Shown here: one piece after another, positions 45,016 to 54,330 of the stretch
Numbering within the stretch: the stretch's first letter is position 1
Layout: every line of letters starts with the position of its first letter
Assembly: GCA_020833245.1 (NCBI GenBank)
Contig: JAJHQQ010000001.1
Span: 1 to 60,157, forward strand
Direction: 5' to 3'
DNA: 60,157 bases
DNA from: Desulfurococcaceae archaeon
GTDB lineage: Archaea > Thermoproteota > Thermoprotei_A > Sulfolobales > Desulfurococcaceae
Notes under the pieces: generated by a model
What the model saw: only the letters and a program-made list of their open reading frames with translations
Database searches by the model: none
What the model was told of the DNA's origin: nothing
Program-made: the position numbers and the translations under genes

Positions 45016-45480
45016 ATGATCTATGATGCTTCTCTGCTGGTGAAGGTCTTGAAGAGCATTGTAATAAAACTAGACGGTAAATGTGCTGAGATACAGTACA
45101 TAGATGATCTTGTGAGACTAATCGGTGAAGACTTCTCATTTGAGTTTACACAGCGCTCCATTGTACTGAGTAATGTCAGTAGTGTAGAGATGTATTTAAT
45201 TAGAGGTGGGCGTAAGAGAGCTATTTACGCCAAGTACTCTGGGAGATATCTACCCTGCTCGACTCGCCGAGAGGTGATCAGGGAAGAGGCTTCAACACCA
45301 CTTTTCACAGTGCGTGTGACTAAATGCGGTGTTGACTCTTACCTAACTATAATTTTCTCGGGCTTATTTCTCATAGATTACGCTATTATTAGTAGAGACA
45401 CTATTGGGCTAGTTGTACCGGGTAAGAGAGATGTATACATTGAGAGAACTGGAGATAGCTTAGCTATATACATAGTATAG
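45016..45480 (+). CDS. Hypothetical protein (154 aa)
   Basis: ORF with an upstream palindromic AT-rich promoter region (GCTTATAAGC). No motif recognised. Confidence 0.3.
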   Translation: MIYDASLLVKVLKSIVIKLDGKCAEIQYIDDLVRLIGEDFSFEFTQRSIVLSNVSSVEMYLIRGGRKRAIYAKYSGRYLPCSTRREVIREEASTPLFTVRVTKCGVDSYLTIIFSGLFLIDYAIISRDTIGLVVPGKRDVYIERTGDSLAIYIV

Positions 45481-45491
45481 GTGTTATTTTA

Positions 45492-46271
45492 TCAAGGTCT
45501 CGGCGATATTATAGTGCCGTACTTGGGTGTTAGCCCCTTTATTGCGGCTACTGCGGACTCCTCGTCGAAACCAGATGTTATAATTACCTCTATTCCTGTT
45601 TTAAACGAGAAAGCGCTCATTGATAAGACCTTGCTATAGATCCCGCCAGTAGCGTCACTAGTGGTAGTGCCCTTGAGAACCTCTAGTACAGAGTGTAGGT
45701 TTTCCGGTGTAATCCTAGTAATTAACTTAGCGTTACTACATGTACGGGGGTTGCAGGTAAATACGCCATTAACATCGGTGAGTAGCACTATTCGAGATGG
45801 GCGAATGTGCATTGATAAAATCTCAAAGACTTTCTCTGTAGATAAAATCGCGGCGTCCTCTCCACTAAGAATACACTCTCCGTATACTACTGGAATAATA
45901 TTGTTACTTACCAGCTGCTTAATTGGTTCAATAAAGACTTTAAATTCGCCCTTATTCTTACATATTATTGAACTTGTCTGAACGCTAGTTGCCCATATTC
46001 CACTCTCAACAAGGTAGTCAACTATTAGTCTATTTAGTGATCTGGTGGCCTGGTGGCACTTTGAGAGAAAGACTTGTAGGCGATTTGCCTTGTGCTTTAA
46101 TACAGCGTAGTGAGCAAACGCGCCGCCGCCATTACCTAGAACCAGTGAGACATCGTCTTTTACTGCACGTAGTATCTTCACAAGGGAGTTCAGAGCCCTT
46201 ACGTTAACTTTTACAGGGACATCTTTATGAGTAATAAAGCTTCCTCCCGCTTTTACAAAGACTACTTGCAT
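45492..46271 (-). CDS. ipk: Isopentenyl phosphate kinase (amino-acid-kinase fold)
   Basis: VFVKAGGSFITHKD..., GNGGGAFAH, and DVNGVF motifs as in archaeal IPK of the alternative mevalonate pathway. Confidence 0.75.
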   Translation of the reverse strand: MQVVFVKAGGSFITHKDVPVKVNVRALNSLVKILRAVKDDVSLVLGNGGGAFAHYAVLKHKANRLQVFLSKCHQATRSLNRLIVDYLVESGIWATSVQTSSIICKNKGEFKVFIEPIKQLVSNNIIPVVYGECILSGEDAAILSTEKVFEILSMHIRPSRIVLLTDVNGVFTCNPRTCSNAKLITRITPENLHSVLEVLKGTTTSDATGGIYSKVLSMSAFSFKTGIEVIITSGFDEESAVAAIKGLTPKYGTIISPRP

Positions 46272-46475
46272 TAAGACTCACCTCTAGTATTAATTAAACG
46301 CGGGTTAAATTAGACGTAATTTCCCCTATTTCAATACACATGTCTATTAGTGTTCTAGCACGGGTATTGTAGAGTTGAGGGAAAATACTTCAAAGCTTAT
46401 AAGTACAAGGAAAATAAACTTAGTGTGTAAAAGCTGGACGTAGCGAATTCGGCTGATTATAGAGGGCTAAGTAGA

Positions 46476-47888
46476 TTGAAGCTCTCAATTTACAGGAGGT
46501 TCGCTAGTGCGGTAAAGTTACGTATGGGTGTGTTTAGAACAAAGCTTTCATTGATTAGTAATAAGCTCTATGCTAGATTAAATATTCTCGTGCTCGTGCC
46601 AGCAAGCATGGCAGTACTGTGGAGCGCGGTAGTTGGCTGGAATTACTACGATGTGAGATACTTCATTGCTTGGTATGAGAAATACTTTCAACCCGGTAGA
46701 ATACTCGATATATACGCTGATCCTGATCCCACTTTCAAAGTAGCCTATCCGCCTCTTACTGTACTAATATTCACGGTGATGTACCACCTAGCTAACACGC
46801 TAACTTCTGATCCCGTGTTACAGGTCTTTATAACTAAGTTGCCACTAGTGATAAGCTTCTATTTAGTATACATAGTGCTAGTAAAAAAGTACAGTAGCAC
46901 AGCCGGGTACTTGTGGCTTCTAAATATTCTCGTTTACTCAACGATATTTACGGCTCAATTTGACTTAATAGTATCACTATTTGTACTCTTAGCTCTATAT
47001 TACCTAGCTGAGAAGGGAAATTACACACTATATGCAGTATTCATCTCTCTCTCCGCGCTCATAAAACACCCCACAGCTTTACTCCTCTTACCTCCAGTAT
47101 TAGTACTCTTAAAGAAAAGAGACTACTCACTACTGTTAAAGTACACAATAGCCGTGGTAGCGGTGACTGTGCCTATATTAATGCCCTTTTTGTTGAGAGA
47201 TCCGAGGGGCTTTCTAGAGAAAGTAGTGTTCTTCCACGCGAAAAGACCACCTCAGCATCTGAGCATTTGGACTATACCATACTACTACGTAAATTACGAT
47301 TTGTATGCTGTACCCTCAATATTTATGAATGTGTGGCTTCCATGCTTTCTAGCATATCTTCTATACGTACTACTCATGGCCGTGAGAGAAGGTACTCGAG
47401 ATGAGGGGTCCTTCGTGCTTAAATACAATATTCTACTACTGTGTGGGTTCCTCGCGCTTAGTAAGGTCATTAATAGCAATTACTATATGTGGCTTCTACC
47501 ACCGACTCTACTATTATTTAATAGATTTAAGCAGGATGAAAAAATGTTTAGGAGTTTTATTAAAATCTACCTTTTCGGGTTTTTATGGATTGCTAATCAT
47601 GGATTTTTCTCTTCTTTTGTCCCTCTAGTTGCTGGAGACCCTATTTTCGTGTTTGAAGACTGGAATTATATGCCCTCAGAGTTAATATACCTGGAATCTC
47701 AGAGTTCACGCTTCTTTAGAAGAATTGTTATGAACACGGTTTTCTACCTGAGATCCTCAAATACGCTAAGAGAGATTTTCAATATTCTTTCAAAAACGCA
47801 CTGCTACATATTGATATTAGTGAGTTTAGTTCACACAGCATTCCAGGTATATATTATTCGCTTAGCCCTGAAATATCTTAAGAGCTAA
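46476..47888 (+). CDS. Polytopic membrane protein, GT-C-type glycosyltransferase-like
   Basis: Ten or more TM helices with a conserved-looking first loop (YPPLTV), typical of the PMT_2/DUF2029 families. Tentative. Confidence 0.45.
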   Translation: MKLSIYRRFASAVKLRMGVFRTKLSLISNKLYARLNILVLVPASMAVLWSAVVGWNYYDVRYFIAWYEKYFQPGRILDIYADPDPTFKVAYPPLTVLIFTVMYHLANTLTSDPVLQVFITKLPLVISFYLVYIVLVKKYSSTAGYLWLLNILVYSTIFTAQFDLIVSLFVLLALYYLAEKGNYTLYAVFISLSALIKHPTALLLLPPVLVLLKKRDYSLLLKYTIAVVAVTVPILMPFLLRDPRGFLEKVVFFHAKRPPQHLSIWTIPYYYVNYDLYAVPSIFMNVWLPCFLAYLLYVLLMAVREGTRDEGSFVLKYNILLLCGFLALSKVINSNYYMWLLPPTLLLFNRFKQDEKMFRSFIKIYLFGFLWIANHGFFSSFVPLVAGDPIFVFEDWNYMPSELIYLESQSSRFFRRIVMNTVFYLRSSNTLREIFNILSKTHCYILILVSLVHTAFQVYIIRLALKYLKS

Positions 47889-48091
47889 GTTAACCTGGCG
47901 ATTAATACGGCTTATTACAAATAACTGATATTTATGGTAGCTATAGACACGTGATTTATTGCAGTATATTAGATCTCCTTCTCCTGTAGACTCTCTTCAT
48001 GCGGCAGGTTTTTAAATTCAATGAATCGCCCTCAGCGGTCTCAGTTAGTTGTATTTTACACTCCGTAGGATATATAGTGTGGGGGTTAGTA

Positions 48092-48850
48092 TTGCTGGTT
48101 TTTCTGGGACTAGGATATACGCTGAAACACTTAACACTAGAGGCTGTTAATGAGCTAAAAACAGCTGATGTAGTGTACATCGACACCTACACATCCATAT
48201 ATGGGGATTCAATAGAGGAAATAAAGAGATTCAACCCAAATGCTAAGTACGTATTTGCCTCTCGAAGAGACCTAGAAGAGCTATTTGTCGAGAAAATAAT
48301 TGAAGAAGCCCGCTCTAAGAAAGTCGTAATAGCCGTGCCGGGAGACCCGTTTATCGCTACAACACACGACGCTGTATGGATCAGTGCTATTAAGAGAGGG
48401 GTAGAGGTTAAAGTAGTAAATGGTCTCTCATTTATCACCTTAGCGTATAGTAGACTCGGATTACAGTCATACAAGTTTGGAAAGCACGTGACTCTACTGC
48501 ACCCATCACTGTTTAAATCGTACAGCACTGTGGACACTATATACAGTAACTTGGAGAGAAATCTTCACACAATAGTACTACTTGACCTGCGCGTTGAGGA
48601 CAACTACGCTATGACCATTAGCGAGGCGGTAGAAATACTCCTAGAGCTAGACTACAAGGAGTTGCTTGGAGATCAAACTGCGCTGGGCGTTGCGCGCCTT
48701 GGCTGGGTTGACGAGAAGATATGTGCGCGTACCCTAAGAGAGCTCTCTACGTGTAAATTCCCACCACCACCTCACAGTTTAGTTATCTTGTCTCCGCGGC
48801 TAGATCCCATAGAGGAGGAGTTTGTTAAAGTGTGGTCTAATTCGTGCTGA
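48092..48850 (+). CDS. dphB: Diphthine synthase
   Basis: (M)LVFLGLGYTLKHLTLEAVNELKTADVVYIDTYTS and VPGDPFIATTH (tetrapyrrole-methylase fold). The start was set to TTG 48092. A TATATA box at 48071-76 fits a leaderless transcript. The track start is 47999. Confidence 0.85.
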   Translation: MLVFLGLGYTLKHLTLEAVNELKTADVVYIDTYTSIYGDSIEEIKRFNPNAKYVFASRRDLEELFVEKIIEEARSKKVVIAVPGDPFIATTHDAVWISAIKRGVEVKVVNGLSFITLAYSRLGLQSYKFGKHVTLLHPSLFKSYSTVDTIYSNLERNLHTIVLLDLRVEDNYAMTISEAVEILLELDYKELLGDQTALGVARLGWVDEKICARTLRELSTCKFPPPPHSLVILSPRLDPIEEEFVKVWSNSC

Positions 48851-49400
48851 ACTGGTCTAGTATACTTAGGACTTCTCTGTGCTCTTTCAAGACAGCGCCG
48901 AGGACTCTCTCCATGTATTGAAGCGCGTAGTCGTGATCCTCGCGGCTAAACGCGGCAACGGCGTCCTTAACTATAATAATGTTAAAGCGCTCGTAGAAGG
49001 CATCAATAGCAGTGTGTAATACACAGATGTGCGTGTGAATTCCAGTCAAAATAACTGTGTCAACACCTAAGTCTCTGAGAAGACCACTCAACCCAGTATC
49101 TCTAAAACCACTATAAGACCTCTTGTAGAGAACAATGTCTCCTCTCTCGGGTTTAAGGTCATCAATAAGAGAAGATTCTTCACTGTCATGAGAAGCGTGT
49201 AATCCCCAAATACGTATCTCTCTGTCAAAAGCGTAGTGCCTATCCGCTAAGTATACTACCGGGATACCTCTCTCGCGAGCTTTCGCTACTAGGGTTTTGA
49301 TCACAGGGACGATCTCGAGGGCTGCAGGGCTCTTTAACCTTCCATAAACAAATTCCTTTAACATGTCTATGATTAGTATTGCGGGCTTCAACGCTAACAC
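48837..49400 (-). CDS. Isochorismatase-family hydrolase (nicotinamidase/pyrazinamidase-like)
   Basis: PAILIIDMLKEF, ...K..., GIHTHICV (catalytic Cys). The start was trimmed to GTG 49400 (MLALKPAILIIDM). The track start 49466 overlaps a C/D sRNA on the other strand. Confidence 0.75.
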   Translation of the reverse strand: MLALKPAILIIDMLKEFVYGRLKSPAALEIVPVIKTLVAKARERGIPVVYLADRHYAFDREIRIWGLHASHDSEESSLIDDLKPERGDIVLYKRSYSGFRDTGLSGLLRDLGVDTVILTGIHTHICVLHTAIDAFYERFNIIIVKDAVAAFSREDHDYALQYMERVLGAVLKEHREVLSILDQFSTN

Positions 49401-49416
49401 CCAGTCAGCCGGCAAA

Positions 49417-49430
49417 GTAATATTAAGTGC
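49417..49430. promoter_or_regulatory. Shared AT-rich (TATA-like) box between a divergent leaderless CDS and a C/D sRNA
   Basis: aagtaatattaagt lies about 23-26 nt from GTG 49400 (minus) and about 25-30 nt from the sRNA C box at 49453 (plus). Confidence 0.4.
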
Positions 49431-49449
49431 CTGGATAAATACTGTTAAC

Positions 49450-49508
49450 GTGGTGATGAGCGACACCGGTTCAGAGGATCCCCGTGACGAGCCGTGTGAG
49501 GGCTGATT
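49450..49508 (+). ncRNA. C/D box sRNA
   Basis: The sequence reads GTGATGA(49453-59)-GCGACACCGGTT(12 nt)-CAGA-GGATCCCC-GTGACGA(49484-90)-GCCGTGTGAGGG(12 nt)-CTGA(49503-06). It is locally GC-rich and has an upstream TATA-like box. Confidence 0.7.
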
Positions 49509-49754
49509 ATTAAGGATTGATGAGTGCTAAACCACTGCCCACACGCAAGTATATTAGCACACTACTCGTCGCGACTACTAAGTAATGTGTGCTCGTTAGC
49601 AATTAAGCAGCTGAGTCTAATAGTCGCGCTGCCTTAATTACGCTGCTAGAGTTTATTTCTAAGGTCATTTATACGTGTAGGGCTTATATATACGCGTATG
49701 GATTTGTTTAGATTTATAAACTCAACCCGAGTTTAACCTCAACGGGGAGAAACC

Positions 49755-51044
49755 GTGGTAGAGCAATCCCCCTATGCTTCACTCTACGAGAACGACCCTG
49801 TATACCAAATGGCTGTTAAACAGCTACGTGAATCGGCAAGTATACTCGGACTTTCTGACGACGTGGTAGAGGCTCTAAGACACCCCGAAAAACTAGTACA
49901 AGTCAAAATCACGGTGAGAAGAGATAACGGTAAATTAGAGACGTTTCTCGGGTGGAGAAGTCAACACAACAGTGCTTTGGGGCCGTATAAGGGAGGTATT
50001 AGGTACGCTGAGACAGTAACGCCGGGCGAAGTCGTCGCGTTGTCAATGTGGATGACTTGGAAGTGCTCACTAGCCGGTATTCCATATGGCGGTGGAAAAG
50101 GAGGCGTGCGAGTAAACCCCAAGACGCTGAGTCCTCGCGAACTAGAAGAGCTTAGTAGAAAGTACTTTGCCGCCATTGCGAGAGAAGTAGGCCCCGATGT
50201 GGATATACCGGCCCCAGACGTGAACACAAACCCGCAGATTATGGGGTGGTATTACGACGAATACAGTAAAATAGCTGGTTTTCATGCGTGGGGTGTAGTT
50301 ACAGCTAAGCCCGTTGAACTCGGGGGATTAGGTGTCAGAGTAATCTCAACGGGCTACGGGACAGCTCTTTCAGCTAGAGAAGCGGCAAAGAGGCTATTTG
50401 GCGGGCTTGAAGGTAGAACCGTGGCTGTTCACGGCTTCGGCAACGTCGGCATTTATACTGCCAAGTATCTCGCCGAGTGGGGTGCAACAGTAGTTGCTGT
50501 TAGTGATAGTAAGGGATATGTCTACAATCCTAGAGGCATAAACGTAGAGAAAGCCATAGAGATAAAAGAAAAAACAGGCATGGTTACAGACTACAGAGAA
50601 GGAGACGTGAAGATATCCAGCAACCACATGGAGCTCCTCGAGTTACCAGTAGACATACTCGTCCCAGCCGCCATAGAGAACGTGATTACTAGAGAAAACG
50701 TTAATAGAATTAAGGCGAAACTCGTAGTTGAAGGGGCAAACGGGCCCACAACTCCAGAGGCTGAGAAGACACTACACGAGAAGGGAGTTGTCGTAGTACC
50801 CGACATACTGGCAAATGCTGGTGGAGTGACAATGAGCTGGATTGAGTGGAGCCATAACAGAATGGGGTGTTTCCTAACGGAAGAAGAGGCCTTATCTCGA
50901 CTAGACAAAATTATGACAATAAACTTCAATAAAGTATACGATGAGTGGCGGAAGAAGTACTCGATTTACCCAATGAGAGTAGCCGCTTACGCCATTGCAG
51001 TGGACAGAGTAGTCAAGGCAATGAAGCTTCGAGGCTGGATCTAG
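49755..51044 (+). CDS. gdhA: Glutamate dehydrogenase
   Basis: GPYKGGIRY, catalytic-Lys block GIPYGGGKGG, Rossmann GFGNVG. Confidence 0.95.
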   Translation: MVEQSPYASLYENDPVYQMAVKQLRESASILGLSDDVVEALRHPEKLVQVKITVRRDNGKLETFLGWRSQHNSALGPYKGGIRYAETVTPGEVVALSMWMTWKCSLAGIPYGGGKGGVRVNPKTLSPRELEELSRKYFAAIAREVGPDVDIPAPDVNTNPQIMGWYYDEYSKIAGFHAWGVVTAKPVELGGLGVRVISTGYGTALSAREAAKRLFGGLEGRTVAVHGFGNVGIYTAKYLAEWGATVVAVSDSKGYVYNPRGINVEKAIEIKEKTGMVTDYREGDVKISSNHMELLELPVDILVPAAIENVITRENVNRIKAKLVVEGANGPTTPEAEKTLHEKGVVVVPDILANAGGVTMSWIEWSHNRMGCFLTEEEALSRLDKIMTINFNKVYDEWRKKYSIYPMRVAAYAIAVDRVVKAMKLRGWI

Positions 51045-51316
51045 CCTCGCATCCCCCTCCTCTTATACACGACAACACCGTTTTTTCTCCGGATCTCTTC
51101 AACTCTATGTAAGGGAATGACTTCTCCGTCTACAATCATGTAGCCTCCACGGACATCTTTTAGTAACGTACCCGGCACAGGCTTGAGCACTTCTTCACTG
51201 TTCTCTCTATGCCTAATGAGAACTACGTAGTCATCTTTAACCCCACTAAATATGATTCTCCTCAACCACTCCTCTATTTCTCCCCGCTTTTTCCCACACA
51301 AATCAATAACCCGCAA
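51041..51316 (-). CDS. UPF0248/DUF504-family small protein
   Basis: About 90 aa with ...IPLHRVEEIRRKNGVVVYKRR at the C-terminus, as in the archaeal UPF0248 family. Recognised from memory. Confidence 0.5.
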   Translation of the reverse strand: MRVIDLCGKKRGEIEEWLRRIIFSGVKDDYVVLIRHRENSEEVLKPVPGTLLKDVRGGYMIVDGEVIPLHRVEEIRRKNGVVVYKRRGMRG

Positions 51317-51418
51317 TAGGCGTTTTAAAGACAGTAATTTATAGATAATGTAGCTTGGTTATTACAAGACAAACTGCCCCTATAATACATAGATCACAGA
51401 GTATCGAGTCTAACAAAC

Positions 51419-51586
51419 ATGGTGATGCGTGTGAGAAGGAAAACACTAGGAGCACTACTTGTGGTTGCACCATTAGTGGTGATTTTCTTATACACGTATG
51501 CGCTGTTCTTCACGGAGATCACAACGCAGTTTCAAATCTTAAAGTTAACAGTGTATTTCTCAGTAATGCTACTTATGGTTTTTTAA
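51419..51586 (+). CDS. Small two-TM membrane peptide (55 aa), candidate
   Basis: Not in the track. The sequence is MVMRVRRKTLGALLVVAPLVVIFLYTYALFFTEITTQFQILKLTVYFSVMLLMVF. A CTATAATA box lies about 30 nt upstream and a T6 run (51602-07) follows the stop. It competes with the implausible track ORF 51355..51609. Confidence 0.4.
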   Translation: MVMRVRRKTLGALLVVAPLVVIFLYTYALFFTEITTQFQILKLTVYFSVMLLMVF

Positions 51587-51702
51587 TTGAACTTGGGCTT
51601 CTTTTTTAAAAACTAGCGACTTTTTAACAAAAACCCTTAAAACAGAGAACACGGTAAACGAGTTCTGGTGTTTCCCCGAAGATAGAGATCAGTAGTTGTT
51701 TC

Positions 51703-52812
51703 TTACTTCTCTCTATAGGCGAGTCTCATAGTCATGTATTTTAAGAACTCCTTAACTTCGCTACATATAGTGCTCGAGGATTCTAGGGCTTTAAGCGCGC
51801 TGTTAATGTGTTCATCTATTAGTTTCTCGCTGTAGTCTAGGCTACCCGTGCTCTTAACAATTTCACGTACTCTCTCAACGTGGAGATCCGTTATTTGCTG
51901 AGAGTCAAGCTTATCGTAGACCTCTTCGAGGAATTTACGCTCCTCTACTCCTCCGAGCTGATAGGCTTTAATTACCAGTAGTGTTTTCTTTTTACCTTTG
52001 ACGTCGCTGCCAGCTGGTTTACCAGTTACCTCGGGGCTACCATATAATCCTATAATGTCGTCGCGAACTTGAAACGCTATACCAGCTGGAATAGCGTACA
52101 GTGATAGAGTACTTAAAAGCTCACTACCTCCCCCACAGGCAATTGCCCCTAAGTGTAGTGGTAACTCAATAGTGTATGAAGATGTCTTTAACTTGTAGAC
52201 TAAGAGGACGTCCTCCTCAGATATTTCGGCTAGAGAGAGCTGTGAGAGCATTACGTCTAGAAACTGCCCATAGGCGACTTTTCTTAAGCCACTACTATAA
52301 GTCTGTACAAGTGTCTTAACGATGTGTGACGGTAGGGGTGATCTAGCTATTAAACCCACCGCGGAAGCCTCTAAGAGGTCGCCGAGCGTGATGGCCTGGG
52401 AGACACCGTAGTGTGAGCAATCTCTCCACCCGTGCTCTAAGCACTTCTTTGTAAAAGTAACGTGAGCTGTAGGGCCCCCTCTCCTCAGCTCGTCTCTATC
52501 CATTATATCATCGTGTACTAGTAAGTAGCTTTGAAGAAGCTCAATTGCGGCAGCTAAGTCAATGACTTTATTGACAAGTTCTCTATTTCCACAAGCACAC
52601 CAGCACCCAGTAGCTACTAGTACCGCTCTAAGCCTCTTACCTCCTCTAAGAGTGTAGTCTGCGCCGACATCAGCGAGCTCGATTACTCTGCGATTTTCTC
52701 GCAGGGCTTCAGAAGCGAGCTCACTGAAGAATTCTCTTAAACGTGTATTTACCTCGTTAACTACTTTGTTGAGGAAATCCGCGTACTCGTCTTCTTGACT
52801 AGTAGGGGTCAA
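51703..52812 (-). CDS. Polyprenyl diphosphate synthase (GGPP-synthase type)
   Basis: First DDxxD-type motif LVHDDIMD and second motif VRDDIIG. Confidence 0.85.
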   Translation of the reverse strand: MTPTSQEDEYADFLNKVVNEVNTRLREFFSELASEALRENRRVIELADVGADYTLRGGKRLRAVLVATGCWCACGNRELVNKVIDLAAAIELLQSYLLVHDDIMDRDELRRGGPTAHVTFTKKCLEHGWRDCSHYGVSQAITLGDLLEASAVGLIARSPLPSHIVKTLVQTYSSGLRKVAYGQFLDVMLSQLSLAEISEEDVLLVYKLKTSSYTIELPLHLGAIACGGGSELLSTLSLYAIPAGIAFQVRDDIIGLYGSPEVTGKPAGSDVKGKKKTLLVIKAYQLGGVEERKFLEEVYDKLDSQQITDLHVERVREIVKSTGSLDYSEKLIDEHINSALKALESSSTICSEVKEFLKYMTMRLAYREK

Positions 52813-52831
52813 GTTGTATACACCACACTAT

Positions 52832-53578
52832 TCACTTTAACGCTCTTTGTTTTAAAAGTTCACTGAGCTCTCTTATAACTTCTAGACTTCTATAGTCCTC
52901 ACTTAGCAGTTCCCAGAACACGCCTTTTGGCTTATAGCCTCTAGGGTGAATCTTTACTAGTCTCGTGGGTGTGGCGTAGTAATCTACTGTTAAGTCATGG
53001 AGTTCAAGTGGTATTTCATCTACGACTTGTATGTCGTGTACTGTAGTCACGATTGGTGTGTTCTCCGAGACTACTCCGAGCTCGCGTAGAATAGCGTATT
53101 CCAGCTCAGCGTAGCCACCTCCCTTACCTAGTCGTGCACCACGCTTATCTACAGCTACACACCCAGTTACTACGAGGTCTACTAGTGGCAGATCGCGCAG
53201 TTTCACGAGAAGGCCGTATTTAAAAGCCCCACTAATTGTTGCGGCATGGCTCCACCTACTTGGAGGTATGTTCCGCGGATTTAAAACAATAAAACCGCTC
53301 TTTAATCGAGGAGACGCCATTACGACTACTTTGTCTTCTCTGAGAGCTTGAAGCCTCAAATAGTACTGGGGGGAGTCCGGGTTAGCCTTAATAACCCTGG
53401 CTTCTGCCCACTCACGTAGTTTAGTAATCTTCTCGGCGGCTTTATCAGCTCCCTTGAAATTTGGTATTCTCCCGTATACTGGGCGGGGAAACTCTGCTAT
53501 ATTCTCCTCCTCCATTAACCTCCAGATTCTCTCCCTAATAGATGCTTTTACTTCATCTACACTACTAGGTAGAGTCAT
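52832..53578 (-). CDS. 5-formyltetrahydrofolate cyclo-ligase family protein
   Basis: The C-terminal block VDLVVTGCVAVDKRGARLGKGGGYAELEY matches the MTHFS-family G-x-G-x-GYYD-like region. Confidence 0.55.
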   Translation of the reverse strand: MTLPSSVDEVKASIRERIWRLMEEENIAEFPRPVYGRIPNFKGADKAAEKITKLREWAEARVIKANPDSPQYYLRLQALREDKVVVMASPRLKSGFIVLNPRNIPPSRWSHAATISGAFKYGLLVKLRDLPLVDLVVTGCVAVDKRGARLGKGGGYAELEYAILRELGVVSENTPIVTTVHDIQVVDEIPLELHDLTVDYYATPTRLVKIHPRGYKPKGVFWELLSEDYRSLEVIRELSELLKQRALK

Positions 53579-53647
53579 CTACTATTACCTACTTAGACTA
53601 TGACTCTTAATTTCCAGTTTTATCATTACTTAGCTTGGTGCTGGTCG

Positions 53648-54307
53648 TTGAAGCCTATTTTACAAGTAGCACTAGATTTAGAGGAGCTAGTTAAAGCCGT
53701 TGACATAGCAACAAAGATCACTTCAAGCCTCAAGTGCGAGAACATTTGGCTAGAGGTGGGGACGCCGTTGCTTAAAGCGTGGGGAAAGATCGCGATTAGG
53801 TCTATTAAAGAGTTAACTAAGTGTTTTACTGTAGTGGACACTAAAACCATGGATGTACCCCTCGTAGAGGCCCGGGTAGTTAAGAGCGCTGGTGGAGACG
53901 CTTTTACAGTGCTCGGAACAGCTGATGATGAGACTTTAATTGAAGCATCTGTAGCTAAGAAAGAGCACGGGATTCTACTCATAGTAGACCTCATCAGTAG
54001 CAGAGACCCCTACAAGAGGGCACTCGAGACTGCTAAGTACGAGCCAGACGTATTACTATTTCACGTGGGTATAAGTGTCCAGAGGGCTAGAGGAGTCACA
54101 GCGGCCGAGCTCGTTGAAGAAATCGTGAAAGTAAAGAATGAAATAAGTAACGTGAAAATAGCTGTTGCTGGAGGGCTAAAACCCGGACTTATAAAGCCTA
54201 TAGTTGAGCGGGGAGTAGACGTAGTAGTAGTAGGCTCAGCGATAACCTCGGCCGAGGACCCAGCGGGCATTACGCGCAGAATTCTGAGTGAAATGGGTTT
54301 GATGTGA
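53648..54307 (+). CDS. 3-hexulose-6-phosphate synthase-like protein (OMP-decarboxylase superfamily)
   Basis: (M)KPILQVALDL..., DTKTMD, ...VAGGL.. pattern. The start was set to TTG 53648 with a TTTTATCA box about 25 nt upstream. The track start is 53600. Confidence 0.55.
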   Translation: MKPILQVALDLEELVKAVDIATKITSSLKCENIWLEVGTPLLKAWGKIAIRSIKELTKCFTVVDTKTMDVPLVEARVVKSAGGDAFTVLGTADDETLIEASVAKKEHGILLIVDLISSRDPYKRALETAKYEPDVLLFHVGISVQRARGVTAAELVEEIVKVKNEISNVKIAVAGGLKPGLIKPIVERGVDVVVVGSAITSAEDPAGITRRILSEMGLM

Positions 54308-54330
54308 GTACGTTATCAGTAGAATGTACT

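Noticed and set aside
47956-48186. 76-aa minus-strand ORF
   Set aside because: It overlaps the diphthine synthase N-terminus and promoter on the opposite strand and has no motif.
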